This document shows, piece by piece, positions 38,051 to 47,617 of a stretch of DNA of 64,000 bases. The notes beneath the pieces are model-generated. The model did no database searches, was not told where the DNA came from, and saw nothing but the letters and a program-made list of their open reading frames with translations. Origin of the DNA: an uncultured Chloroflexia bacterium. GTDB taxonomy: Bacteria; Chloroflexota; Anaerolineae; Anaerolineales; E44-bin32. Each line of letters starts with the position of its first letter. The first letter of the stretch is position 1. The stretch lies in NCBI GenBank assembly GCA_963807065.1, contig CAWDZQ010000004.1, positions 450,249-514,248 on the forward strand, given 5' to 3'. The position numbers and the translations under genes were made by a program.

Positions 38051-38479
38051 TCAGTCGCTAACGATAATTCCCATGTTGCGCGCCGTGCCTTCGACCTGGC
38101 GCATGGCGCCCTCGATATCGATCGCATTCAGGTCCGGCATCTTGACTTCGGCGATCTCGCGAACCTGAGCCCGCGTAACCTTGCCTACCTTTTCACGGTT
38201 GGGCTCGGCGGACCCCTTGTCCACCCCAGCCGCCTTGCGCAGGAGCACCGCCGTCGGTGGGGTCTTCAGGATGAAGGTGAACGAGCTATCCTGATAGATC
38301 GTGATTTCGGCAGGGATGATTTCCCCCGGCTTATTCGAGGTCCGCGCATTGTACTCTTTGCAGAACCCCATCAGGTTGATGCCATGGGGGGCCAGCGCCG
38401 GCCCAATCGGGGGAGCCGGGTTGGCCTTGCCCGCCTCAATCTGCAATCGAACGACGGCCTTTATCTTCTTAGTTGCCAC
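38051..38479 (-). CDS. rplK: 50S ribosomal protein L11
   Basis: 142 aa: [44 protein letters not shown]. Confidence 0.97.
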   Translation of the reverse strand: MATKKIKAVVRLQIEAGKANPAPPIGPALAPHGINLMGFCKEYNARTSNKPGEIIPAEITIYQDSSFTFILKTPPTAVLLRKAAGVDKGSAEPNREKVGKVTRAQVREIAEVKMPDLNAIDIEGAMRQVEGTARNMGIIVSD

Positions 38480-38546
38480 AGTTCATTCTCCTCCAGTGGT
38501 CCTAACGGGCGGCTCAGGCCGCCCTCCCACATCGTTGCCAGGTCGG

Positions 38547-39755
38547 CTAAGCCTTCTCGACCTGGAGAAAATCCAATTCCACAGGCGTCTCGCGCCCGAA
38601 GAATGACACCATCACCCGCACCTTGGCGCGCTCCATGTCGATGTCGTCCACGGTGCCGATAAAGTCATTGAATGGACCGTCAATGATCCGCACTTTCTGG
38701 CCGATCTTGTAGGTCACCTTGATGCGCGGCGCCTCAGCTTCCATGCGCTTGATGATCTGCGAAACCTCTTCAGGCCGCAGCGGCGTTGGCTCATTGCCCA
38801 TGCCCACAAAACCGGTCACCCCTGGTGTATTGCGGACAACGTACCAAGAGTCTTCGCTCAGGATCATCTGCACCAGGATATAGCCGGGGAAAACACGGCG
38901 CTCTACGGTCCGTCGCTTGCCGTCCTTGACTTCGATTTCCTCTTCCGTCGGGACAACGACGTCGAAGATCCGATCCTTCATGCCCATCGAATCGATACGC
39001 TGCTCCAGGTTGTGACGGACCTTGTTTTCCTGTCCGGAGTAGCAGTGAATCACGTACCATAGGCGATCGTCATCAGGCACATCCGAGGCGGGCGCTCCCT
39101 CGTCTTCGTCGAGGGCCATCCCCACCTGGCCTTGGTCTGCCACAGCCTGTTCATCCCCGGATTTATCTTCCATGGCTTCGGGTTCGGCCTCGTCGGCCTG
39201 CTCGGCGGATGGTTCATCGGCCAGCTCTTCCGCCGGCTGCTCAGCCGCGTCATCTTCGATAGCTTCGGGTTCGGCCTCGTCAGCCTGCTCGGCCGACAGC
39301 TCAGCAGCTGGCTCCTCGCCCAGGCCGGCGTCAGGTTCGATCAGCTGATCCACGCCTTCGTCTTCGTCGACCGCCTCTTCAGCTTCCATGGCAAGCTCGG
39401 CTTCGGCCCCGTCGTCGGACGCCCCCTCAACCTCGTCTTCGGACTCCGGCGCAGGCGCCTCGGCCAGTTCCGCCAGCCCTTCGGTTTCGGCTTCGTCGAC
39501 CACCGGTGCCTCGGGCTCGGTATCCACCGCCTCCGGCTCGTAGACTTCGCCTTGGGCCACCAAAGCCGTCCCAGGTTCAACCGGGCTCAGGTCGTGATCT
39601 GCCGTCTGATCTTCCATCGATTCAAGCTGTGATTCCAGAGCCTCGGGCATTTCCGAGGGCTCTTCATCGACCGGCGGCACGTTGGCCGCGGCAGTCTCGG
39701 CTCCGGTTTCCAGCTCCTGGCGTTCCTCGTCGCTCATGTCTTCAGACCTATCCAC
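38547..39755 (-). CDS. nusG: Transcription termination/antitermination factor NusG with ~225-aa acidic N-terminal extension
   Basis: C-terminal ~175 aa are a normal NusG: NGN domain WYVIHCYSGQENKV and KOW motif KVRIIDGPFNDFIGTV. The N-terminus is D/E/A/P-rich low complexity. Start is GTG at 39755 or ATG at 39737. Confidence 0.9.
   Translation of the reverse strand: MDRSEDMSDEERQELETGAETAAANVPPVDEEPSEMPEALESQLESMEDQTADHDLSPVEPGTALVAQGEVYEPEAVDTEPEAPVVDEAETEGLAELAEAPAPESEDEVEGASDDGAEAELAMEAEEAVDEDEGVDQLIEPDAGLGEEPAAELSAEQADEAEPEAIEDDAAEQPAEELADEPSAEQADEAEPEAMEDKSGDEQAVADQGQVGMALDEDEGAPASDVPDDDRLWYVIHCYSGQENKVRHNLEQRIDSMGMKDRIFDVVVPTEEEIEVKDGKRRTVERRVFPGYILVQMILSEDSWYVVRNTPGVTGFVGMGNEPTPLRPEEVSQIIKRMEAEAPRIKVTYKIGQKVRIIDGPFNDFIGTVDDIDMERAKVRVMVSFFGRETPVELDFLQVEKA
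39175..39293. repeat. Direct repeat inside the nusG acidic extension
   Basis: 32-nt units at 39175-39206 and 39262-39293 differ at one base. The period is 87 nt (29 codons), encoding AEQADEAEPEA(I/M)ED twice. Confidence 0.85.
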
Positions 39756-39972
39756 CGAGACTGATCACAAGTCCGATCAGCTTCGAAAACAGAAAATCCA
39801 ATGAACCCAGCAACGCGCTCATGACCACCAGGACCGCCAGCACGATGATGGTCAACCGCGTCGCTTCTTCACGTGTAGGCCAGCTCACCTTGCGCAGTTC
39901 GCCCACCGTTTCTCGAAACAGACGGGCGATCATGTTGGGCTGCCTGCGCGCCGCGGATTGCGCTTTCGCCAT
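39748..39972 (-). CDS. secE: Preprotein translocase subunit SecE
   Basis: 74 aa, one C-terminal TM helix, conserved ELRKVSWPTREE. Canonical position between tRNA-Trp and nusG. Confidence 0.9.
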   Translation of the reverse strand: MAKAQSAARRQPNMIARLFRETVGELRKVSWPTREEATRLTIIVLAVLVVMSALLGSLDFLFSKLIGLVISLGG

Positions 39973-40032
39973 AACTTACTCCTTAGGGATCAAACGACGC
40001 CGACTTGTGGCGGCGTCGCTCGCTTTGCTAGG

Positions 40033-40106
40033 CAGGCGAGGCAGGAATTGAACCCGCAACCCCCGGTTTTGGAGACCGGTGCTCTGCCAAATTGAGCTAC
40101 TCGCCT
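40033..40106 (-). tRNA. tRNA-Trp (anticodon CCA)
   Basis: 74-nt cloverleaf: acceptor AGGCGAG/CTCGCCT, anticodon stem CCGGT/ACCGG with loop CTCCAAA, T-loop TTCAATT. Confidence 0.9.
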
Positions 40107-40131
40107 GTGATGGGCGGATAACCGCCCCTCT

Positions 40132-40296
40132 TCACTTGGTCTCCCGGTGCAGCGTGTGCTTGCCGCACCGCGGGCAGAACTTGTTCAATTCCAACCGCCC
40201 AGGATCATTGCGGCGGTTCTTCTCAGTCGTGTAATTCCGCTCCTGGCACACGGTACATTCCAACGTCGTGACCGGGCGGACATCCTTCTTGGCCAT
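40132..40296 (-). CDS. rpmG: 50S ribosomal protein L33 (absent from the ORF track because it is under 60 aa)
   Basis: Hand translation gives [54 protein letters not shown] (54 aa). Zn-ribbon CxxC..CxxC. Canonical position upstream of tRNA-Trp and secE. Confidence 0.9.
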   Translation of the reverse strand: MAKKDVRPVTTLECTVCQERNYTTEKNRRNDPGRLELNKFCPRCGKHTLHRETK

Positions 40297-40341
40297 AGTT
40301 CATCCCCGGGAGAGCACATTGGCCCTCGACAAGATATCGTC

Positions 40342-41544
40342 TTACTCCAAAATTTCCGTGATGACGCCGGCGCCGACGGTCAGGCCGCCTTCGCGGATGG
40401 CGAACTTCAGACCCTTCTCCAGCGCCACCGGCATGATCAGCTGCACCGTCAGATTGACGCTGTCCCCCGGCATCACCATCTCCACCCCCTCCGGTAGCTC
40501 GATCGTCCCCGTTACATCCATCGTCCGAATGTAGAACTGCGGCCGATATCCCGTGAAAAATGCCTTGTGCCTCCCCCCTTCTTCCTTCGTCAGCACGTAC
40601 ACTTCCCCCAAAAACTTCTTGTGCGGCGTGATCGATCCCGGCGCCGCCACCACCATCCCGCGCTCCACATCCTCCCGCTCGATCCCCCTCAGCAGCAGCC
40701 CCACATTGTCCCCCGCCTGCCCCTCATCCAGCGTCTTGTGGAACATCTCCACCCCGGTCACCACCGACGACATGCTCTTCTCTCTCAACCCCACGATCTC
40801 GACGTTGTCCCCCGTGTGCACTCGCCCCCGATCAATCCGCCCCGTCACCACCGTCCCCCGTCCCTTGATCGAGAACACGTCCTCCACCGGCATCATGAAC
40901 GGCTTGTCCGTCTCTCTCACCGGCTCCGGTATGTACTCGTCCACCACCCGCAACAGTTCCTTGATGCTGGCGTACTCCTCCGCATCCGGATCCTCACTCG
41001 TGCTCTCCAACGCCTTCAGCGCACTCCCCCTCACTATCGGCGTCTCGTCCCCAGGAAACTCGTACTCGTTCAACAGCTCCCGCAGCTCCAACTCCACCAG
41101 CTCCAAGAGCTCCTCATCGTCCATCATGTCCACTTTGTTCAAATACACCACGATCGCCGGTACTTCCACCTGACGCGCCAGCAGCACGTGCTCCCGCGTC
41201 TGCGGCATCGGTCCGTCCGGCGCCGCCACCACCAGGATCGCCCCATCCACCTGCGCCGCCCCCGTGATCATGTTCTTGATGTAGTCGCGGTGCCCCGGCA
41301 TGTCCACGTGCGCATAGTGCCGCTTTTCCGTCTCGTATTCCACATGCGCTATGGCTATCGTGATCCCCCGGGCTTTCTCCTCCGGCGCCTTGTCAATCTG
41401 ATCGAACGGCGTGAAGTCCGCCATCCCCTTCAGCGCACTGTACTTCGTGATCGCCGCCGTCAACGTCGTCTTCCCGTGGTCGATGTGCCCCATCGTACCC
41501 ACGTTCATGTGCGGCTTCGTCCGCTCGTATTTCTGCTTGCCCAT
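40342..41544 (-). CDS. tuf: Elongation factor Tu
   Basis: 400 aa with G1 [10 protein letters not shown]3 DMPGH and G4 NKVD. Confidence 0.98.
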   Translation of the reverse strand: MGKQKYERTKPHMNVGTMGHIDHGKTTLTAAITKYSALKGMADFTPFDQIDKAPEEKARGITIAIAHVEYETEKRHYAHVDMPGHRDYIKNMITGAAQVDGAILVVAAPDGPMPQTREHVLLARQVEVPAIVVYLNKVDMMDDEELLELVELELRELLNEYEFPGDETPIVRGSALKALESTSEDPDAEEYASIKELLRVVDEYIPEPVRETDKPFMMPVEDVFSIKGRGTVVTGRIDRGRVHTGDNVEIVGLREKSMSSVVTGVEMFHKTLDEGQAGDNVGLLLRGIEREDVERGMVVAAPGSITPHKKFLGEVYVLTKEEGGRHKAFFTGYRPQFYIRTMDVTGTIELPEGVEMVMPGDSVNLTVQLIMPVALEKGLKFAIREGGLTVGAGVITEILE

Positions 41545-41596
41545 GTTTCCAATCTCCTTAGTGACAAAGGTGGCCAGACCCTGCCACCGAATCGAG

Positions 41597-41669
41597 AGCC
41601 CTCAACGGGATTTGAACCCGTGACCTCGTTCTTACCAAGAACGCGCTCTGCCGACTGAGCTATGAGGGC
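41597..41669 (-). tRNA. tRNA-Thr (anticodon GGT)
   Basis: 73-nt cloverleaf: acceptor GCCCTCA/TGAGGGC, anticodon stem CGTTC/GAACG with loop TTGGTAA. Confidence 0.9.
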
Positions 41670-41731
41670 ACTTCGGCTTGCACCTTGGCCGGTCTCCCAG
41701 CGCAACAGCAACGCGGAAGACATGTCTCCCA

Positions 41732-41813
41732 GTGGGCGGTGAAGGATTCGAACCTCCGAAGGCTAGGCCAGCTGATTTACAGTCAGCCCCCTTTGTCCAC
41801 TTGGGTAACCGCC
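41732..41813 (-). tRNA. tRNA-Tyr (anticodon GTA)
   Basis: 82 nt with a long variable arm. Acceptor GGGCGGT/ACCGCCC, anticodon stem GCTGA/TCAGC with loop CTGTAAA. Confidence 0.9.
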
Positions 41814-41890
41814 CAACATATTTGGTTGCCGTTCCGCGACCGGGCACCTGCCACCCCTGTCGCCACCTGTCTCCGGCCTAACCGGAGACA

Positions 41891-41962
41891 AGCCGACGAC
41901 GGGAGTCGAACCCGTAACCTACCGCTTACAAGGCGGTCGCTCTGCCATTGAGCTACGTCGGC
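41891..41962 (-). tRNA. tRNA-Thr (anticodon TGT)
   Basis: 72-nt cloverleaf: acceptor GCCGACG/CGTCGGC, anticodon stem ACCGC/GCGGT with loop CTTGTAA. Confidence 0.9.
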
Positions 41963-41997
41963 GTTAAAAACGCGCCCAACCCGCGCGGCGCATGCAA

Positions 41998-42025
41998 ATT
42001 ATACCAGACACAAGTTGGGCCTCAA
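41998..42025 (-). promoter_or_regulatory. Sigma-70-type promoter for the tRNA-Thr/Tyr/Thr and tuf transcription unit
   Basis: Minus strand TTGAGG, 16 nt, TGgTATAAT (extended -10), about 35 nt upstream of the first tRNA. Confidence 0.65.
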
Positions 42026-42059
42026 GGCGGCCTCAGTCTAACAGGATTTGGGGGGGTCG

Positions 42060-42857
42060 TCAATGTTCCTGGGCTTGCGGGGCCGCAGGGTCTTCCGCGT
42101 CGGAGAAACCGGCATATCCACGGGCTTCCCAGATCGCGTAAAGCCCGATTGAACCGGCCACCGCTGCGTTCAATGACTCGACGTTGCCCCGCATAGGAAT
42201 TCTGAGGAGATAGTCGCAGGCCTCCCGGACCAGTCTTCGCAGACCCGAGCCTTCACTTCCCACGACCAGCGCCATGGACCCCCCCAGGTCGAGTTGGTGG
42301 GCCGGCTGCGCTTGCGGGCTCCCTTCCAGCCCCGTGATCCAAACGTCCTCGCCTTTGAGAGTCGTAATCGCCTGATGCAGGTTCTCGCGGGCGACCAGGA
42401 GATGTTCACAAGCTCCGGACGAAGCGTTCACAACCGCCGGTGTGATCCCGGCTGCATGGCGAGATGGGATGACCACACCATGAACGCCAACGGCCTCGGC
42501 CGTACGCAGCAGAGTGCCGAGATTCTGAGGATCCTGAACCAGGTCCAAAAGGAGGACGAAGGCGGGTTCTTGCTTTTGCAAGGCGATGGCAAGGATGTCC
42601 GTGAGGTGGCTGTACTCGAATGGGGAGCACTCAGCCAGCACGCCCTGGTGGTTACCCTCGTGGGCGCCGAGTGCCTTGCGATCGACGCGGCGGACGGGGA
42701 CCGAGCGTGTTTCGGCCAACTCGAGGATGTCCCGAAGCCGACCTTTCGGCTCGGCTCGGTGATCGACCAGCAGGCGGTAAATCTTCCGCCGGCCAGCCCG
42801 CAACACCTCGTGTACCGCATTCCGGCCGTACACGCCTTCGAAGTTGGCACCGGCCAA
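42060..42857 (-). CDS. rlmB: TrmH-family 23S rRNA (guanosine-2'-O)-methyltransferase, RlmB-like
   Basis: 265 aa with N-terminal substrate-binding domain (YGRNAVHEVL) and SpoU motifs (LLLDLVQDPQNLGTLLRTAEA; VVGSEGSGL; IPMRGNVESLNAAVA). Confidence 0.85.
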   Translation of the reverse strand: MAGANFEGVYGRNAVHEVLRAGRRKIYRLLVDHRAEPKGRLRDILELAETRSVPVRRVDRKALGAHEGNHQGVLAECSPFEYSHLTDILAIALQKQEPAFVLLLDLVQDPQNLGTLLRTAEAVGVHGVVIPSRHAAGITPAVVNASSGACEHLLVARENLHQAITTLKGEDVWITGLEGSPQAQPAHQLDLGGSMALVVGSEGSGLRRLVREACDYLLRIPMRGNVESLNAAVAGSIGLYAIWEARGYAGFSDAEDPAAPQAQEH

Positions 42858-42897
42858 GTCGGCCTCGCCTTCTTGGGATGGCGGCTGAATGTGACGC

Positions 42898-44295
42898 CTA
42901 GGCTCGGAAGCGCCAGGCCGAGCCTTCCTTGTTGTCTTCGATCACCACGCCCAGAGAAATCAACCCGTCACGTATCCCGTCGGCGAGGCCAAACTCCCCG
43001 TTCTCCCGCAACCGCTGTCGGATATCGAGCAGCAGTTCGATATACGGGCCGGCCTCGGCCGGGGCCGGTTCGTCTTCCAAACGCAGTCCCAAAACCGCCG
43101 CCAGCTCCTTGAGCTTGCCCTGGGCCAGGACCAGGTCATCGGCGCCAGCGCCGGCATCGCGAGCCTGGTTGATCGCTCTCACCAGGTCAAACAAATGGCT
43201 CATGGCGGCGGCGGTATTGAAGTCATCGTCCATCGCCAACCTAAAACCTTGCTCGGCGGCGGCCACCCGCTGCGCCAAGTCGGCCCCACTTTCCGGATTG
43301 CCGCCTTCAGCTATGGCGCCAGCCCTCAGCCCGCCTTTCAGGCGCTCCAGCGCGCTCGTGGCCTGCTGAATCACATCGTCATTGAACACCAACGGGCTTC
43401 GATAACTGCCATTCAAGACCGCCATCCGCAGCACGTCCCCGGGGTGATCTTCAAGAAAGGCCTCGATGCTGATGATGTTGCCCACCGAACGCGACATCTT
43501 CTCACCGGTCAGCTGCATCATCCCGTTGTGCACCCAGAATTGGGAAAAGGGCTTGCCTGTCAAGCCCTCGGTCTGGGCAATCTCATTCTCGTGGTGGGGA
43601 AAGATCAAATCCGTGCCGCCGCCATGGATGTCGATCTGTTCGCCGAGATGATGCCAACTCATGGCCGAACACTCGATGTGCCATCCCGGCCGGCCGCGGC
43701 CCCAAGGGCTTTCCCATGCGGGCTCGCCAGGCTTGGCCGTTTTCCATAGAGCAAAGTCGGCCGGATTTTCCTTGCGGGGATCGACATCAAGCCGGGCCCC
43801 AGCCTGCATGTCTTCCACCTTGCGGCCTGAGAGCTTGCCGTATTCTGGATCGCTGTCCACACGGAAGTAGACGTCGCCTTCGACTTCGTAGGCGTGTCCC
43901 CGCTCTATCAATCCCGCAACCATCTTGATAATGAACTCGATTTCGGTTGAAACTCGGGGAAAGGCACTGGCGGGAAGGACATTTAGATCGTGCAGATGGC
44001 GATCGTATTCCTCCAGGTGCCGTTCAGCCAGAGCGAGTGGGTCCTCCCCGAGTTCCTGGGCGCGCCTGATGACCTTGTCGTCCACATCGGTGTAGTTCAT
44101 CACGTGACGGACGTCAAATCCGCGATATTCCAGGTAGCGGCGAATCACGTCGAAAACGATGGATGACATGCCGTGACCGACATGAGCTTTACCGTACACC
44201 GTCGGCCCGCACACGTACATTTTCACCACACCGGGCTCGAGAGGCTCGAACGGCTCCTTCTTGCGGCTGAGGGTGTTGTAGAGCACCAAGCCCAT
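42898..44295 (-). CDS. cysS: Cysteine--tRNA ligase
   Basis: 465 aa with HVGH (HIGH) and KMSRS (KMSKS) motifs, starting MGLVLYNTLSRKKEPF. Confidence 0.95.
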   Translation of the reverse strand: MGLVLYNTLSRKKEPFEPLEPGVVKMYVCGPTVYGKAHVGHGMSSIVFDVIRRYLEYRGFDVRHVMNYTDVDDKVIRRAQELGEDPLALAERHLEEYDRHLHDLNVLPASAFPRVSTEIEFIIKMVAGLIERGHAYEVEGDVYFRVDSDPEYGKLSGRKVEDMQAGARLDVDPRKENPADFALWKTAKPGEPAWESPWGRGRPGWHIECSAMSWHHLGEQIDIHGGGTDLIFPHHENEIAQTEGLTGKPFSQFWVHNGMMQLTGEKMSRSVGNIISIEAFLEDHPGDVLRMAVLNGSYRSPLVFNDDVIQQATSALERLKGGLRAGAIAEGGNPESGADLAQRVAAAEQGFRLAMDDDFNTAAAMSHLFDLVRAINQARDAGAGADDLVLAQGKLKELAAVLGLRLEDEPAPAEAGPYIELLLDIRQRLRENGEFGLADGIRDGLISLGVVIEDNKEGSAWRFRA

Positions 44296-44301
44296 GCTGA
44301 G

Positions 44302-45378
44302 CTACCCCGTGCCCCTGTCCCTGCGGCCGTCTTGCTCCGGACGGGCAAAGATCATGCGCCCGGCTGCCGTCTGGAGGACCTTGGTCACCAGCACGTCCAC
44401 CGCCGACCCGATGAGCGACTTCCCATCCTCCACCACCACCATCGTGCCATCGTCCAGATAGCCCACGCCCTGTCCCGTCTCCTTGCCCTCCTGGATCACC
44501 TGCACCTCAAGGGTCTCTCCAGGAAGGAAGACCGCCTTCACGGCATTGGCCAGTTCATTAATATTTAGAACCGCCACGCCTTGGAGCTCAGCAACCCGGT
44601 TGAGGTTGTAGTCGTTGGTCACGATCGGGCAGCGCAGCTGCTTGGCCAGGATCACCAGCTTATCGTCCACTCCGCGCACACCCTCCACGTCCAGGTCCGT
44701 GATCTGAATGGGAACGCTGCTATCTTTCTGCAGGCGATTGAGGATGTCAAGGCCCCTGCGCCCCCGTTGCCGTCGCAAGCCATCCGATGAATCGGCGATG
44801 TGCTGAAGCTCCAGCAGGACGAAGCCGGGGACCAACATCGGCCCGGCGACAAATCCGGTCCTGCCGATATCGGCGATCCGACCATCGATGATCACACTGG
44901 TGTCAAGCAAGACCCGACGTCCGCCGCCATTCCCGCCTCCGCCATCCTCTCCACTGGCTGGAAAGCGCGCCCGCAGCATGTGCAGGATGTCGTTCTGGCG
45001 CATGACAAAGATCGCCACGCCCAGGTAGCTGAAGACCACCGCCGCCACGAACGGGAGCAGCTGCCCAAAGGGGGACGGCAGGAGGGAGAGTGGAAATGAG
45101 AGCAAAGCCGCCACCACCAACCCGACCACCAAGCCCATCAGGCTGGCGATCATGGTCTGCGCCGATACCTGCGTCATTCGCCTCCGAATGGCGCCGACCG
45201 GCCGGGTGGAGACAAACGGCGTGATCACGATTCCCAGGAGCGCGCCGACGAGCCCGAACACACTCGCCCACAGCTCCGGGGATCCCTGGGCGAGGTCGGC
45301 CAAGGTAGCCCCTAGATAGATCCCGCCGACGGCAAAGATAACCATGCCAATGAGACGAACGATGAATTCAAGGCTCAT
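44302..45378 (-). CDS. PIN/TRAM-domain membrane protein (YacL-like)
   Basis: Start MSLEFIVRL with GGGAG upstream. Four TM helices, a PIN domain (VLLDTSVIIDGRI) and a C-terminal TRAM domain. Conserved linkage with cysS. Confidence 0.8.
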   Translation of the reverse strand: MSLEFIVRLIGMVIFAVGGIYLGATLADLAQGSPELWASVFGLVGALLGIVITPFVSTRPVGAIRRRMTQVSAQTMIASLMGLVVGLVVAALLSFPLSLLPSPFGQLLPFVAAVVFSYLGVAIFVMRQNDILHMLRARFPASGEDGGGGNGGGRRVLLDTSVIIDGRIADIGRTGFVAGPMLVPGFVLLELQHIADSSDGLRRQRGRRGLDILNRLQKDSSVPIQITDLDVEGVRGVDDKLVILAKQLRCPIVTNDYNLNRVAELQGVAVLNINELANAVKAVFLPGETLEVQVIQEGKETGQGVGYLDDGTMVVVEDGKSLIGSAVDVLVTKVLQTAAGRMIFARPEQDGRRDRGTG

Positions 45379-45601
45379 GAAGATCACTTTCTCCCTGCCC
45401 CCCAAACGCAACAGGGCCAGCGCCCAGTTTCAGCGCTCGCCCTTAGGTGAGCTCCATCGATCTCTCGATCTGCAATGGGACTCCGCTGATCAACTGCGTC
45501 TCAGCGGGAAAATGGCAATACCCCTTGTGGTCCGAGAAATGATGATAAGTATGAAACCGGGCCCGCCGGGCATCCGATGCGATACCTGCGACGGATGTTT
45601 T

Positions 45602-45631
45602 ATCTTATCATGCGCCCCTCCGCTCCGTCAA
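45602..45631 (-). promoter_or_regulatory. Sigma-70-type promoter for the yacL-like/cysS/rlmB unit
   Basis: Minus strand TTGACG, 18 nt, TGaTAAGAT. Implies a leader of about 215 nt. Confidence 0.55.
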
Positions 45632-45754
45632 CGCGGCGCCGCGGATTGAGGGCTGCTCGGCTCATCGGCGGCCGAGGCGGATGCCTCTGCTTCTTGGCCA
45701 CGCGGTGCGGCCTCCCGAACGGGAGGCCGCATATCCGAGCCCTTCCGCGCCCTT

Positions 45755-47362
45755 CTAGGGCAAGGTGCCGACGACGTCGAAAGTGTTAAGGATGTGGTCA
45801 AGCGCTTCCAGGTCGCGGTCGGATTGAATTTGCACCTCAACCAAAATTAGAAACGCCTGTGCATTGGAAACTGGGACTGCAGATAGCACCAGATACCTGG
45901 GCCCTCCTGGGCCACCGCAATTCTTGAACAAATCGTACTTACCCCGGTAGGTACTGTCGCTGTAGTCGTAGCGGTTATCCAGCTCGCACGTTCCGAGATA
46001 GCTCTGACGCTCAATATCGAGCAGTTGAACGTAACCGCCAAGTTTGGCCAGATCATTGGAAACATCGAAGATCACCCCTGGCTGGTCCCAGCTGTTGGCA
46101 AACGCACTCAGGTCTTCAGAAGCCCAGATCGATGATCCGATCACATCACCGCCATCCACCCACGCGCTGCCGTCGACATCCGACCAAGCGTTGGGAATCT
46201 CCATCTGGATCGCCCCATAATCGTCCGCCACAGTTGTGTAGCCGCTGTAGCTGGATGTCGAGTCACCACTTCCGCCCTGAGCCTGCCCACCCAGCTGGCT
46301 GTCGAAGGTCGATGAGGCCGCCAGGGGCGTCCCGTTCAGTTCGCCGGCCAACACCTCACCGGTCGCATAGCGCAGGACGTTGACCGAAAGCGCATCACTT
46401 GGCTGGTGGGTGCGCAAGATGTCACAGTACTCCGACATCGTTCCGCTTGTCGCCAGTGAGAGACCTTCCATTTGGGTGATCAGATCCCCGCCCTCGAGCC
46501 CGGCCTTGTCCGCCGGCGAACCCGAGGCGACCGAGAGCACCCACACCCCGGTCAGCGAGCCATCCTGGCTGCTCACGGCCGTGCCGTTGACTCCAATCGT
46601 GTCGAGATTCCGACCCTGCTTGAGGGTGTTGATCACACTCTGGGCGGTGTCGGCCGTAATGGCAAAATACTGATTGGCCGATGCCAATGAGGCGTAGTTA
46701 ATGCCAACGACCTGGCCATCGGCCGTCACCAGCGGGCCGCCAGAGTTGCCTGGATTGATGGTGGCGTCATGCTGGATAACCCCCTCAACCGAGGCCCAAC
46801 CGGTATCACCGCCAGCCGTGGCCTTGGAAACGATCCCCTTGGTCAGCGTGTATTCGGGATCACCAAGAGGAAAGCCGGCCGCATACACCTCCAAACCGAC
46901 ATTGGCTTGGTCCGGATACCACTGCAGATACGGGTAGCCGTCCCCATCAATGTCGATCACGGCGAGGTCGGAGCACTCTGAGACGCCCAGGACCTTGGCG
47001 TTGCGTGGCTGACTTTCGCCTCCCACCCAAACCTTGAGCAGCGCCGCCCCGGTGACGACATGATTGTTGGTGACGGCGATCCCGGACGGATCGATGATGA
47101 ATCCCGAGCCGCGTCCGGCGAACTCCACTGGTGCCCCGATATCGGGAGGCACGAAACTCCCCTGAGCTTCGATCTAGATGGCGGCCGATTTCACCCCGTC
47201 CAGTGAGTTTACCGGCGAACCAGTTCCTGCCCCTCCCGATGGGCCCGATGTTGGCGTTTCACCGCTCCCCGATGTGGAGCCTGAAATCAGATTGCAGGCT
47301 AGACTTGCACCAACCATGATGCTTAGTGCCAGGAGCATTCTGCTCCTTGATGGGAACCTCAC
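45755..47362 (-). pseudogene. Secreted trypsin-like serine protease (S1C/HtrA-like, PDZ plus extra C-terminal domain) interrupted by an in-frame TAG
   Basis: ORFs 47174..47362 (signal peptide plus linker ...LDGVKSAAI) and 45755..47152 are in the same frame, separated only by the TAG at 47174-47176 (AAI*IEAQGSFVPPDIG). The triad contexts TNNHVV, DLAVIDI and GNSGGPL are intact. Confidence 0.75.
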
Positions 47363-47617
47363 GGCTCTCCTCCCTTGGTGTCTTGATTTTGCTGGCTGAG
47401 CGAGTTGGCGCTGAGTATAGAACCCTCTTCGCCAAGAGCAAGTTCCCGAACCTTACGATTGGCTATCCAATCTGCACGTTTGAGTTGAGATAGAATGACT
47501 TCCTGGCTCTTAGCTAGAGCCGGCGTGTTCCCGAAGGCAGAGCTTGCCCCGGCGATCGTGTCGATTCAAACCAAACCTACAAGGAGGCGCCTCAGCCGCA
47601 CCGGCCAAGGACGCGAC

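Noticed and set aside
40112-40127. Hairpin GGGCGGataaCCGCCC between rpmG and tRNA-Trp, and hairpin GCGGCCTCCCG..CGGGAGGCCGC at 45705-45730 after the protease gene, as intrinsic terminators.
   Set aside because: Both are strong GC stems but lack a following T-run on the transcribed strand. They may be processing or pause sites, and were not called as terminators.
41597-41962. The tRNA cluster as an integration hotspot or genomic-island border, and an expected tRNA-Gly between tRNA-Tyr and tRNA-Thr by analogy with the E. coli thrU-tyrU-glyT-thrT-tufB unit.
   Set aside because: No integrase, direct repeats of tRNA 3' ends or foreign-looking genes flank the cluster. The 41814-41890 spacer does not fold into a tRNA; it contains only a hairpin, TGTCTCCGG..CCGGAGACA.
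45344-45649. A 101-aa plus-strand ORF containing CDTCDGCFILSC in the yacL-like upstream spacer.
   Set aside because: It overlaps the yacL-like start and the predicted minus-strand promoter and leader. It has no RBS, and the Cys pattern arises from an AT-rich inverted-repeat region.
47174-47176. In-frame TAG codons (47174-47176 and 22526-22528) as evidence for stop-codon recoding or pyrrolysine.
   Set aside because: TAG terminates many intact genes in this window (the ABC substrate-binding protein gene, gltA, E1-beta, the histidine kinase, lipB). No pyl genes are seen. One of the two TAGs lies in a gene that also has frameshifts.
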